This document shows, piece after piece, positions 18,616-27,858 of a DNA stretch of 64,000 nucleotides. The stretch is from Myxococcota bacterium (lineage in GTDB: Bacteria > Myxococcota_A > Polyangia > DASYRF01), in NCBI GenBank assembly GCA_036004705.1, contig DASYRF010000518.1:24-64023 (forward strand). Direction: 5' to 3'. The first letter of the stretch is position 1. Each line of letters starts with the position of its first letter. The position numbers were made by a program, and so were the translations under genes. The notes beneath the pieces are model-generated. The model was not told where the DNA came from. It saw only the letters and a program-made list of their open reading frames with translations, and did not search any database.

Positions 18616-19644
18616 CTAAGGGCAGGCCAGCCGCCAGGCGTCGAGGTCCCAGGTCTTCACCAGCGTGGAGAAGCCGGCGGCGGTCGGGTCGCCGCACACC
18701 GACGACGCCAGCGCCGGGCCGCCCGCGCAGTCGTTCACGTACTCCACGTGGAAGACCGCCTTGCCCGCGGCGAGGAAGGGCGCCTCGGTCGCGCACTCGG
18801 CGAAGGCCAAGCACTCCTCGTTCAGCGCCCAGTCGAAGTCGGGCTCGAGGTCGGGCACGAGGTCCGTCGCGTTCTTCAGGCCGGCGGACAGCGCGCGCGC
18901 GTGGGCCTCCGTGGCGAGGAAGCGGTCGTAGTCGAGCTGGTCGGCGGCGGTGAGCGGGAAGCCGCTGTCGTTCGCGTAGCCGTCGACATTGTCGGGCTCG
19001 ACGCCGTCGCACCCTTTCTTGCCGGCCATGTCGAGCCGCGCGCGCATGACGGCGCGCACGTTCGCCGAGCGCGTGTCGAGCCACGTCTCGCCCGGCCAGC
19101 CGGCGAGCGGGTTCCCGGCGTCGGCCGGGACGAAGGCGCCGGCGTCCTCGCGCCAGTCCTCGAGGCTGCCCGCCGAGAAGTAGCAGACGACGATGCGTCC
19201 GGCCGCGTGCAGAGCGGCGATGGTCGGCTCCGGCACGTCGAACAGGTCGATGTCGTACACCTGCACGTCGAAGCTCGTATCGACGATCCCCTGCAGCTGC
19301 CACTGCCACGACGTGCCCGGCAGCGGCCGCCACACGCCGCCCGGCGCGGCCCCCGCGTCCACCGGCCCGGCGCCGGCGTCGTAGCGCGACACGGCGTCCG
19401 TCGACGTCCCGCCCGCGTCGCCCGCGCCGCGACCGCCACACCCGATGGCGAGCCACGGAAGCGCTGCCAGCAGCGCCGAGATCGACGAGGCCGCCCCCAA
19501 CACCGACGGCGACGCCGAGGCCGAGTCCGAGTCCGACGCCGAGTCCGACGCCGACGCGGAGTCCGAGTCCGACGCCGAGTCCGACGCCGACGCCGAGTCC
19601 GAGTCCGACGCCGACGACGCCCGCACCGGCCCACCGCTCCCCAT
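18616..19644 (-). CDS. GH114-family glycoside hydrolase (endo-alpha-1,4-polygalactosaminidase-like) lipoprotein
   Basis: Conserved stretches: WQWQL, VYDIDLFD, VVCYFSAGS.EDWR, LDTRS..VR, KGCDGVEPDNVDGY.N..GF, LNEECL. Lipobox: ALLAALPWLAIGC. The ATG at 19644 would add a 47-residue Ser/Asp-repeat N-extension. Alternative starts are GTG 19503 and TTG 19500. Confidence 0.75.
   Translation of the reverse strand: MGSGGPVRASSASDSDSASASDSASDSDSASASDSASDSDSASASPSVLGAASSISALLAALPWLAIGCGGRGAGDAGGTSTDAVSRYDAGAGPVDAGAAPGGVWRPLPGTSWQWQLQGIVDTSFDVQVYDIDLFDVPEPTIAALHAAGRIVVCYFSAGSLEDWREDAGAFVPADAGNPLAGWPGETWLDTRSANVRAVMRARLDMAGKKGCDGVEPDNVDGYANDSGFPLTAADQLDYDRFLATEAHARALSAGLKNATDLVPDLEPDFDWALNEECLAFAECATEAPFLAAGKAVFHVEYVNDCAGGPALASSVCGDPTAAGFSTLVKTWDLDAWRLACP
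19520..19615. repeat. 36-bp tandem repeat (about 2.7 copies), reading as (SDSDSASASDSA)n on the minus strand
   Basis: GCCGAGTCCGAGTCCGACGCCGAGTCCGACGCCGAC at 19520-19555, a near-identical copy at 19556-19591, and a partial copy at 19592-19615. It lies between the grpE stop and the GH114 lipobox. Confidence 0.85.
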
Positions 19645-20315
19645 CACCGCCCCCCGACGATCACCTGCGCCTGGCGGACGATCTTCCCTTCCATCGTAAA
19701 CCCGGTGCGCACCTCCGCCAGCACCAGCCCCGCCAGCCGCGGATCGGGTGAGGGCTGCGTCTCCACCGCTTGATGCAGCGCCGGATCGAACGGCTGCCCG
19801 CGCGTCTCGATGCGCTTCAGCCCCAGCTTCCCCAGCCCGCCCATCAGCGCCTCGTACGTGCGGATCATCCCTTCGATCAATACGCGCACGTCGAGCCCGC
19901 CACCCGACACGCGCGGGTCGGTCATCAGGATGCACTGCTGCAGATTGTCGAGCGCCGCCAGGAGCCCCTTGATCATCTCCATCTTCTTCTCGGCCAGCTC
20001 CTGGTTCGCCTGCTCGCGGCCCGACTCGGCGAGCGTGGCGGCGGCCTTCTTGCGCGCGCCCTCCTTGCCCGCCATCAGGTCCTTGATGACCTGTTCCTTC
20101 TCCGCGAGCTGCGCGCGCAGCTGCTCCACGAAATTCGGATACTCGGCACGTCCGGCGCCCGCGTCCCCGCCTTCGGCGTCGCTCGCCCAGTGGCGCCGAT
20201 CCACGACGCGGATGGGAGGCGGGCTGGCCTTGGTCGGCGCCGCGTTCTCGCCGCCGCCGCCGCCGTCGCCGCCGCGCGCGCCGCCGCCTTCGGGCTTGGT
20301 GGGTGTCTCGCTCAT
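19644..20315 (-). CDS. grpE: Nucleotide exchange factor GrpE
   Basis: ATG at 20315 (MSETPTKPEGG). A long coiled-coil region is followed by a typical C-terminus: GQPFDPALHQAVETQPS...VLAEVRTGFTMEGKIVRQAQVIV. The stop shares one nucleotide with the ATG at 19644 (TGATG). Confidence 0.8.
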   Translation of the reverse strand: MSETPTKPEGGGARGGDGGGGGENAAPTKASPPPIRVVDRRHWASDAEGGDAGAGRAEYPNFVEQLRAQLAEKEQVIKDLMAGKEGARKKAAATLAESGREQANQELAEKKMEMIKGLLAALDNLQQCILMTDPRVSGGGLDVRVLIEGMIRTYEALMGGLGKLGLKRIETRGQPFDPALHQAVETQPSPDPRLAGLVLAEVRTGFTMEGKIVRQAQVIVGGR

Positions 20316-20397
20316 GCGGTCAGCAATATACACGAACCGCCCGGGGAATCATCTGCGAGGGGCGGTGTTTCGAGGGTGCTCGCCGCCGGCACGCGCC

Positions 20398-20427
20398 TTG
20401 ACAGGGCCGAGAGCCGCGGCATATAGG
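20398..20427 (+). promoter_or_regulatory. Candidate sigma-70-type promoter for the ABC/GldG operon
   Basis: TTGACA at 20398-20403. Then either a 17-nt spacer to ATATAG (20421-20426) or an 18-nt spacer to TATAGG (20422-20427), about 50 nt upstream of the ATG at 20476. Pattern match only. Confidence 0.35.
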
Positions 20428-20475
20428 GTGCGCCCGGTCCCATCCCGGGGCCCAGAGGCCCAGCGCGACAAGCAC

Positions 20476-21450
20476 ATGATCGAAGTAAGGAATCTCGTCA
20501 AGGAGTTCCCCGGCCGCCGCGCGGTGGACGACATCTCCTTCACCGTACGCAAGGGCGAGATCCTCGGCTTCCTCGGCCCGAACGGCGCCGGTAAGACGAC
20601 GACCATGCGCATCCTCACGGGGTTCATGCCCGCCACCGGCGGGCAGGTCACCGTCGGCGGACACGACGTGTTCGACGAGCCCGACGAGACGCGTCGCCGG
20701 CTCGGCTACATGCCCGAGAACGTGCCGCTCTACCCGGAGATGCGCGTCGACGAATATCTGGAGTTCCGCGCGCGCCTGCGCAAGGTGCCGGCGTCGCGCC
20801 GTCAGGCGCAGATCGGACGCGCCATGGAAATGTGCCGCGTCACCGACCGGCGCCGCCAGGTCATCGGCACGCTGTCGAAAGGCTACCGCCAGCGCGTCGG
20901 CCAGGCCGACGCGCTGGTGGGCCAGCCGGAATACCTGGTGTTGGACGAGCCGACGGTCGGGCTCGACCCCAAGCAGATCCGCGAGGTGCGCTCGCTCGTG
21001 CGCGAGCTGGGACGCGACCACACCATCCTGCTGTCGACGCACATCCTGCCCGAGGTGGAGATGACCTGCTCGCGGGTCATCATTATCGACAACGGGAAGA
21101 TCGTCGCCCAGGACACCACCGAGGCGCTGCGCGCCGCGCAGCAGGCGTCCACCGAGGTCGTCGTGCACGCGCGGCTGCCGATGCCCGACGGCGGCGCCTC
21201 CACCTCCCCGGTGCCGGCCGCGCGCGAGGCGCTGATGGGGCTGCCGGGCGTTCTGGCGGTGACCGTGGAGGACGACGCCGCCGTGGCGAAGCTGCGCATC
21301 AAGGCGGGCGGCAAGGACGACGTCCGCGAGGGCATCTTCCGGCTCGCCGTGGCCAAGGGCTGGGTGCTGCTGGAGATGCGGCGCGAGGCGCTGTCGCTGG
21401 AGGACATCTTCGTGAAGCTGACCGAGAGCCCCGAGCCGGGGGAAGCGTGA
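20476..21450 (+). CDS. ABC transporter ATP-binding protein (GldA-like, ABC-2 type)
   Basis: ATG at 20476 (MIEVRNLVKEF). Walker A GPNGAGKTT, signature LSKGYRQRVG, Walker B LVLDEPTVGLD, H-loop LSTHIL. Confidence 0.9.
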   Translation: MIEVRNLVKEFPGRRAVDDISFTVRKGEILGFLGPNGAGKTTTMRILTGFMPATGGQVTVGGHDVFDEPDETRRRLGYMPENVPLYPEMRVDEYLEFRARLRKVPASRRQAQIGRAMEMCRVTDRRRQVIGTLSKGYRQRVGQADALVGQPEYLVLDEPTVGLDPKQIREVRSLVRELGRDHTILLSTHILPEVEMTCSRVIIIDNGKIVAQDTTEALRAAQQASTEVVVHARLPMPDGGASTSPVPAAREALMGLPGVLAVTVEDDAAVAKLRIKAGGKDDVREGIFRLAVAKGWVLLEMRREALSLEDIFVKLTESPEPGEA

Positions 21451-22550
21451 TGCCGGACGAGCCGCGCTCCACCGAGCCACCGGCCACGACCGCGCCGGCG
21501 ACCGACGAGGCCGCTTCGCCGGCGCGCAGCGCCGCACCCGTGCCGGCGCCTGCGCGCGCACCGGCCTCGGCGCCCGCCCCCGGCCCCGCCCGCGTCCACG
21601 ACGCGCCGCCCGAAGCGCCGCCCGAGTCCATCTGGCGGTCGGTCGCCGCCGGCGGTGTCGGCATCTTCATGGCGCTGTGCATCGGCTCGGTGCTGTACCC
21701 CGTGCTGCCGCAGTCCTGGCTGACGATCCCGATGCTGGTCCTGGGCGGGCTCGCCTTCGGCTGGGGAGCGCTCTGGTTGATGGATCAGTTCGACTTCGGC
21801 GGAAACCTCCGCGCGCTGCTGCACCGCGAGCTCCTTTCGTACTTCCTGTCGCCCATCGCCTACATGGTGTTGACGGGGTTCATGTTCTGCAACGGCCTCA
21901 CCTTCATCCTCATCCTCTATTCGATGCAGGGCTCGCCCGGCGGGCACGGCGCGCCGCTGCAGATGTTGTTCGGCGGAACCATCTTCTTTTGGTTCGTGAT
22001 GGTCTTCGCCGCGCCGGTGCTGACCATGCGCACGCTCGCCGAGGAGCGCCACAGCGGCACCATCGAGACGCTGATGACGGCGCCAGTGTCGGACGGCCAG
22101 GTCGTCGTCGCGAAGTACCTCGGCGCGCTCATCTTCTTCATGACGCTCTGGTTGCCCGTGGGGCTGTTCGTGGGGCTGATGCACGCGTTCGCCCCGCCCG
22201 GCGGCGGCCCGCAGATCGGCCCCGTTTTGGCCGGGTTCACGGGCACGTTCCTCGTCGGCTCCATGTTCATCGCCACCGGCGTGCTCACCAGCGCGCTCAG
22301 CCGCAACCAGATCGGCGCGGCCATCATGGCGTTCGCCGCGTGCCTGGGGCTCTTCTTCACCGTACCCATCTTCGTCTTCTTCGCGGGGCCGGAGTGGAAG
22401 ACGCTGCTGGCGTTCTTCAACGGCTGGGACCACATGCAGGAGTTCGGCAAGGGCATCGTCGACTCACGCCGCGTCATCTATTACCTGAGCGGCACGTTCC
22501 TGATGCTCTACATGGCCACCAAGGTGCTGGAGAGCGGCAAATGGCGCTGA
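21450..22550 (+). CDS. ABC-2 type transporter permease (GldF-like) with a Pro/Ala-rich N-terminal extension
   Basis: The ATG at 21450 shares its A with the upstream TGA. There are multiple TM segments, and EERHSGTIETLMTAPV is typical of ABC-2 permeases of the GldF group. Confidence 0.8.
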   Translation: MPDEPRSTEPPATTAPATDEAASPARSAAPVPAPARAPASAPAPGPARVHDAPPEAPPESIWRSVAAGGVGIFMALCIGSVLYPVLPQSWLTIPMLVLGGLAFGWGALWLMDQFDFGGNLRALLHRELLSYFLSPIAYMVLTGFMFCNGLTFILILYSMQGSPGGHGAPLQMLFGGTIFFWFVMVFAAPVLTMRTLAEERHSGTIETLMTAPVSDGQVVVAKYLGALIFFMTLWLPVGLFVGLMHAFAPPGGGPQIGPVLAGFTGTFLVGSMFIATGVLTSALSRNQIGAAIMAFAACLGLFFTVPIFVFFAGPEWKTLLAFFNGWDHMQEFGKGIVDSRRVIYYLSGTFLMLYMATKVLESGKWR

Positions 22551-24331
22551 GCACGGGCCCAAAGAGCGGCGGCGGGGGCAGCGGCAGCGGCAGCGCCGGC
22601 GAGGGCGCCGGCGACAAGGGCGCCGGCGCGCGCGGATCGCGCGCCCTGCAGACCGCGACGCGGCTCATCCCGCTCGCCGCGGCGGCGCTGGCCACCGCGG
22701 CGGTATCGGTGCCGGCTCACCTGCTCTTCAGCAAGGCCACCGGCCCGGTGTTCATCGGGGCGAAGCTGCTGGCCGGCGCGGCGGTGGGCGTGGTGGCGTG
22801 GTACCTGGCGCGCGCCTACACCCTGCAAGCGGCGGGCGGATCGCGCACCGCGCTGGCGGGCGCGCTCGCCTGGATCGGCGCCATCGCCGCGTTCGTCCTC
22901 GTCGTCGAGGCGAACTACATCAGCTCGCGTCACTGGGCCCGCTTCGACTGGACGTCGACGGCCTTCTACTCGCTCAGCGACAAGGGCGTGGCCACGCTGA
23001 AGGACATGAAGAAGGCGGTGCACGCGACCGTGTTCCTGAGCCCCCGCTCCGAGGCCTACGCCGACATCTTCAAAGACACCGAAGAGCTCCTGGCACAGAT
23101 GCAGGACCAGAACCCGCTCTTCACCGTGGAGTTCGTCGACCCCGACCGCGATATCGAAAAGGCGAAGATCCTGTTCGCCAAGTACAAGCTACCGCCCGAC
23201 GTCGACAGCGTGGTGGTGTTCGAGTGCGGCGCCGCCCCCGACGCTAAGACGAAGTACGTGTCGGCGGGGGAGATGGCCGACTACGACTACGGCAGCGGCG
23301 GCGACATGGCGATGGGTCCGCCCCCCAAGCGGCTGGCGGCCTTCAAGGGCGAGCAGGCGTTCGTCTCGGCGATCCTGGAAGTGACCAGCGACGTGCAGAC
23401 CCAGCTGTGCTTCGTGAAGGGGCACGGCGAGGCGTCGTCGACGGTGGCGAACGAGAACTCGCTTTCGGAGCTGACCGAGGGCCTGACGACGGTGGAGGCG
23501 CTGAAGACCGAGGAAGTGGACCTGATGGCGGGGGCGATTCCGGCCGCCTGCACGGTGCTGGTGGTGGCGGGCCCGCAGACGCCCTACCTGCCGGCGGAGA
23601 CGGCGAAGATCGGCGACTACCTGGACAAGGGCGGGCGGCTGTTGGCGATGTTCGACCCGCCGCTGGGCGACCCGACCTCCGGCCCGCGCGTGAAGACCGG
23701 CTTCGAGGAGCTGCTGGCGAAGTGGGGCGTCACGCTGGAGCGCGCCGTGGCGTTCGATCCGGAGAACTTGCTGGCGGCGCCGGGGGCGGAGGGGCTGGAG
23801 GCGCTGGCGCTGCGGGTCGTGGAATGGTCCGACCACGCCATCGTCAAGCCCTTCAACGGGATGTTCGCGCTGATGCGGCTGGCGCGGCCGGTGGTGGCGA
23901 TGAACCCGCCGCCCGCGGGGCTCGAGGTGGCGGAGCTAATGCACACCAGCAAGGACGGCTGGGGCGAGCGGGGCACGCTGACGCCGCGCGAGATCGGCCC
24001 CGACCCGGACGACGTGAAGGGCCCGGTGCCGCTGGCGGTGGCGGTCGACGCACCGACGCGCGGCGGGGCGCGGCTGGTGGTGTTCGGCAACAGCCGCTTC
24101 GCCTCCAACGCGCTCAGCGGCGCGGGCATCAACTCCGACCTCTTCGTCAACACGGTGCGCTGGCTGACGAAGAAGGAGTCGCTCATCAGCATCGCCCCGA
24201 AGACGCCGGAGAGCGTGACGATCGACCTGAGCGAGAAGCAGCTCAACCTGGCGCTGGTGTCGTGCGCGGCGCTCATGCTGCTGGGCATCGCCGTGGGCTT
24301 CGTGGTGCGCGGCGTGCGGAGGACCGGATGA
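22541..24331 (+). CDS. GldG-family ABC-transport auxiliary protein
   Basis: The ATG at 22541 overlaps the permease end by 10 nt. N- and C-terminal TM anchors are present. FYSLSDKGVATL, CFVKGHGE and VVFGNSRFASN are typical of GldG-like proteins. Confidence 0.8.
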   Translation: MALSTGPKSGGGGSGSGSAGEGAGDKGAGARGSRALQTATRLIPLAAAALATAAVSVPAHLLFSKATGPVFIGAKLLAGAAVGVVAWYLARAYTLQAAGGSRTALAGALAWIGAIAAFVLVVEANYISSRHWARFDWTSTAFYSLSDKGVATLKDMKKAVHATVFLSPRSEAYADIFKDTEELLAQMQDQNPLFTVEFVDPDRDIEKAKILFAKYKLPPDVDSVVVFECGAAPDAKTKYVSAGEMADYDYGSGGDMAMGPPPKRLAAFKGEQAFVSAILEVTSDVQTQLCFVKGHGEASSTVANENSLSELTEGLTTVEALKTEEVDLMAGAIPAACTVLVVAGPQTPYLPAETAKIGDYLDKGGRLLAMFDPPLGDPTSGPRVKTGFEELLAKWGVTLERAVAFDPENLLAAPGAEGLEALALRVVEWSDHAIVKPFNGMFALMRLARPVVAMNPPPAGLEVAELMHTSKDGWGERGTLTPREIGPDPDDVKGPVPLAVAVDAPTRGGARLVVFGNSRFASNALSGAGINSDLFVNTVRWLTKKESLISIAPKTPESVTIDLSEKQLNLALVSCAALMLLGIAVGFVVRGVRRTG

Positions 24332-26691
24332 AGTGGCGGTCGACGGCGGTGCTGGCGGGCGTGGCGCTGCTGCTGGGCGTCTACCTGCTCGCCTTCGAGC
24401 GCTCGATGCTGACGACCGACGAGGCCAAGGAGCGCGCGGACCGTATCTGGCCCGACGGCGACGTGGACGCGGTCACGGAGTTGGTCGTCGAGCGCGGCGG
24501 CGTGACCGTCACCATGAAGAAGGAAGGGACGGACTGGCACGTCACGGCCCCCACGTTCGCCGACCTGGGCGACGAGACGGAGATCGGGTCGATCCTCGGC
24601 CAGCTGGAGTACGCCAAGGCGGCGCGCGAAGTGGGCGGGCTCACGGATCTCAAGGCCTATGGCACGGGCGCGCCGCGCCTGATCGTGCGCGTGACGATGC
24701 GCGACGGCAAGAAGACGTCCTTCCAATTCGGGGTGGAGGCGCCCGGCGGCAAGCACGTGTACGTGCAGCGCGAGGGCAGCAACGACGTCCTGCTGGTGGA
24801 GAAGACGCTGTTCGAGGCGCTCGACAAGGAGCCGAGCTTCTGGCGCGACAAGCGGCTGTTGGCGGCGGCGCGGACGCGCGCCACGAGCTACACGTTGCGC
24901 GGCGCGGCCGGCGAGAGCTTCGCGGCGTCGCTCAAGAACGGCTTCTGGGTGGCGGGCGAGCCGGCCCCGGGGCGCGCCGCCGACGCCGCCATCGACAAGG
25001 TCTTCACCGCCATGGGCGACGTGAAGATCGAGAAGTTCGTGGACGACGCCGCCGCCGACCTCGCGCCGTACGGGCTGGCGGCGGGCGCGGCCCCGGGAGG
25101 CTCGGCCTCGGTGAGCGAGGCGGCGGGGCGGGTGCTGGCGGTGCGCTTCGGCCGCGCCGAAGGCGACGGGGTGTACGCCACGCGCGAGGGGGCCAAGGGC
25201 GTCTTCCTGGTGAAAGCCGACAAGGTGGCGGCGCTGCTGGCGAGCGCGCGCGACGTGCGCGAGCGCGTGCTGTTCCCGCACGCGCCGCTCGACGTGAAGG
25301 CCATCACCATCACGCGCGACGGCGCGACGCTGGCGCTGGAGAAGGAGACGTCGAAGGAGGGCGGCGAGACCTGGAAGATCACCAAGCCCAAGGAGGGCAC
25401 CGCCGACCTTATGCAGGTGGAGGACGCGCTGCGCGCGTTGCGCAAGCTGACGGTGGTGGACTTCCTCCCGCCCGGCGAGGCGCTGGCTAGCTACGGCCTG
25501 GAGCCGGGGCTGGCGGTGCTGGAGGTCAAGGTGGGCGCGTCGGTAGACCTGCTGGCCGGCGACGAGGCGCCCGGCACGGTGAAGCCGGAAACGCCCGACC
25601 GCGTGGACCGGCTGGTGCTGGGGAAGCTGACGGCCGACGGCTCGGCGCGCTACGCCATCCGCGCCGAGGAGGGCGTCGTGCTGACGGTGCCGGCGGAAGC
25701 GTGGGACCTGCTGGCGCCGAGCCCGCTGCGCTTCCAGGACAAGTCGGTCGTGCGCTTCAACAAGTGGGACGCGCGCGAGCTGACGTTGGTGCGGCCGAGC
25801 GGAACCGTGCACGCGGTCAGCGACGCCGGGGCGTGGAACGTCGACGCCCCCATCAAGGCGAAGGGCGACAAGGACGGCTGCGAGGCAGTGCTGACGCTGC
25901 TGGCGGACCTGAAGGCGGACGAGCTGGTGGAGCTGGACGCCAAGGACGGCGCGAAGTACGGACTCGGCACGCCGAAGTACCGGGTGACGGTGAAGACGAA
26001 GGGATTCGAGGCCGACGCCAAGGAAGAGACTTTCACGGTGGACCTGGGGGGCGACGCGGGCGGCGGCAAGGTCTACGGCTTCGCCCCGGCGAAGGGCATC
26101 GTCTTCAAGATCGACGCGGCGAAGCTGGCGGTGCTCGACAAGGACCTGGTTTCGAAGAAGGTGACCGGGCTGAACGCCTGGGAGGCAAAGTCGCTGCGGT
26201 TCAAGACGGCGAGCGGCGAGCTAGAGCTGCAAAGCGTGGACGACGCTTGGCGGGTGATGCGCCCGGTGGCGGCCGACGCGAACAAGGCGACGGTGGACGC
26301 CTGGCTGAAGGACAACCTAGAAGACCTGGCGGCGGAGAGCATCGCCCCGGCGGCGCCCACCGACGGGGCCACGTACGGGTTCGACGCGCCGCGCCTGGTG
26401 GTGACCGTGGGCGTGGCGGCGGGCGACAAGATCTTCACGGTGGGTGCGAAGGACACGCCCGACGGGCTGGTGCCGGTGCGCGCCGAAGGCACGGCGACGA
26501 TCTACTTCCTGTCGAAGCTCGCCTACGAGAAGCTGAACGCGCGCGTCGAGGACTTCACCGGCACGGGCGCGCCTTCGCCGGCGCCGCCACCGTTGGTGCC
26601 GCCGTCGCCGCCGCCCGGGCTGGGGACGGGCGCGCCCGGCACCGCCACGCCGCCGACCGCGGCGCCCGGCGCAGGTACCGCCGCACCCTGA
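24328..26691 (+). CDS. Large DUF4340-like periplasmic protein (787 aa) with an N-terminal TM anchor and a Pro-rich tail
   Basis: The ATG at 24328 overlaps the upstream stop (ATGA). The N-terminus is MKWRSTAVLAGVALLLGVYLLAF. Repeated beta-rich modules (…W.V..P…AD…V) follow. Its position as the fourth gene after ABC/permease/GldG is the usual DUF4340 context. Confidence 0.7.
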   Translation: MKWRSTAVLAGVALLLGVYLLAFERSMLTTDEAKERADRIWPDGDVDAVTELVVERGGVTVTMKKEGTDWHVTAPTFADLGDETEIGSILGQLEYAKAAREVGGLTDLKAYGTGAPRLIVRVTMRDGKKTSFQFGVEAPGGKHVYVQREGSNDVLLVEKTLFEALDKEPSFWRDKRLLAAARTRATSYTLRGAAGESFAASLKNGFWVAGEPAPGRAADAAIDKVFTAMGDVKIEKFVDDAAADLAPYGLAAGAAPGGSASVSEAAGRVLAVRFGRAEGDGVYATREGAKGVFLVKADKVAALLASARDVRERVLFPHAPLDVKAITITRDGATLALEKETSKEGGETWKITKPKEGTADLMQVEDALRALRKLTVVDFLPPGEALASYGLEPGLAVLEVKVGASVDLLAGDEAPGTVKPETPDRVDRLVLGKLTADGSARYAIRAEEGVVLTVPAEAWDLLAPSPLRFQDKSVVRFNKWDARELTLVRPSGTVHAVSDAGAWNVDAPIKAKGDKDGCEAVLTLLADLKADELVELDAKDGAKYGLGTPKYRVTVKTKGFEADAKEETFTVDLGGDAGGGKVYGFAPAKGIVFKIDAAKLAVLDKDLVSKKVTGLNAWEAKSLRFKTASGELELQSVDDAWRVMRPVAADANKATVDAWLKDNLEDLAAESIAPAAPTDGATYGFDAPRLVVTVGVAAGDKIFTVGAKDTPDGLVPVRAEGTATIYFLSKLAYEKLNARVEDFTGTGAPSPAPPPLVPPSPPPGLGTGAPGTATPPTAAPGAGTAAP

Positions 26692-26692
26692 A

Positions 26693-27628
26693 ATGCCCGC
26701 CTGGAAAGCCAATCCGGCGAACAAAGAGCTGGTCAAGGCGCTGAGGAAGAACCGGCCAGACGCCGGGGTGTACAGCTGGGACCGGACGGCGCGGCTCTAC
26801 AAGGTGTTCGACGCGCTGGGCGAGCCGTTCGTGCACGTGCCCTGGCATCCGTGGGAGCAGATCCTCTGGGAGAACTGCGCCTACCTCGTCGATGACTCCT
26901 GGCGCGAGGGACAGCTCGAAGCGCTGAGCCGGCAGATCGGGCTCGACCCGAAGAAAATCTTGCGCGCGCGCCGTGACCGGCTGCGGCGGGTGCTGAGCTT
27001 CACGGGGACGCGCATCCTCGATCAGCGCGTGGACAAGATCCGCACGTGCGCGGAGCTCTGCCTGCGCGACTTCGGCGGCGACGTACTTGGAACGGTGATG
27101 CCGCTGGCGCCACAGGCGGCGCTGAAGGCCCTGATGAAGTTCCCCGGCATCGGGGTTCCCAGTGCCGAGCGCATCCTCCTATTCATGGGTCACGACCTCT
27201 ACGTGCCGATGGACTCGAACGCGATGCGGCTGGCACTGCGGCTGGGCTACGGCACGCCGAAGAAGAGCTACGACGCGACGTACCGCGCGGTGCAACAGGC
27301 CCTCAAGCGCGAGGCGCGCCCGACACACCGCTGGCTCACGGAGCTATGGGAGAAGCTGCGCTACCACGGCCAGGAGGTCTGCACGCGCACGCCACGCTGC
27401 GAGGAGTGCGTGCTGTGGAACCTGTGCCCCTGGTACAAGGCGCGCTGGGGGCGCAAAGAGCCCGAGGTCTTCAGGTGGGCGCGCAAGATGATCGCGCGTG
27501 ACGAGAAGTATCCTCCCCCGCCTCCGGCGCCGCCGCCTCCGCCCGAGCCCGCGCCCGCGCCGCTCACGGGCAAGCGCAAGGGCAAGGGCAAGGGCAAGCG
27601 CGAGCGTGCGCCGTTCATCCCCTTCTAG
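26693..27628 (+). CDS. HhH-GPD superfamily DNA glycosylase (endonuclease III-like) with a [4Fe-4S] cluster loop and a basic Pro/Lys-rich tail
   Basis: Starts 1 nt after the DUF4340 stop. HhH segment LMKFPGIGVPSAERILLF. Fe-S loop CTRTPRCEECVLWNLC (C-x6-C-x2-C-x5-C). Tail PPPPPAPPPPPEPAPAPLTGKRKGKGKGKRER. Confidence 0.75.
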   Translation: MPAWKANPANKELVKALRKNRPDAGVYSWDRTARLYKVFDALGEPFVHVPWHPWEQILWENCAYLVDDSWREGQLEALSRQIGLDPKKILRARRDRLRRVLSFTGTRILDQRVDKIRTCAELCLRDFGGDVLGTVMPLAPQAALKALMKFPGIGVPSAERILLFMGHDLYVPMDSNAMRLALRLGYGTPKKSYDATYRAVQQALKREARPTHRWLTELWEKLRYHGQEVCTRTPRCEECVLWNLCPWYKARWGRKEPEVFRWARKMIARDEKYPPPPPAPPPPPEPAPAPLTGKRKGKGKGKRERAPFIPF

Positions 27629-27661
27629 GGCAATCCCACCTGCCCCATGTGACGCCCGAAT

Positions 27662-27858
27662 GCGCGGACGGGCCCCCCGGGCTTGATCACTCACGGCGTA
27701 CTCGCCGCGCGGACGGGCCCCCCGGGCTTGATCAATCACGGCGTACTCGCCGCGCGGACGGGCCGCGGGCTTGATCACTCACGGCGTACTCGCCGCGCGG
27801 ACGGGCCCCCCGGGCTTGATCAAGCACGGCGTACTCGCCGCGCGGACGGGCCCCCGGA
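27662..27858. repeat. 45-bp tandem repeat, 4 full copies plus a partial fifth, in a convergent intergenic gap
   Basis: Unit: GCGCGGACGGGCCCCCCGGGCTTGATCACTCACGGCGTACTCGCC. Copies at 27662, 27707, 27752 (43 bp), 27795 and 27840 (partial). Short palindromes CCGCGCGG (at unit junctions), CCCGGG and TGATCA occur in each unit. Confidence 0.9.

Noticed and set aside
17020-19773. 917-aa ORF on the plus strand
   Set aside because: It is an Arg-rich, motif-free alternative frame of the GMC oxidoreductase and antisense to the GH114 gene.
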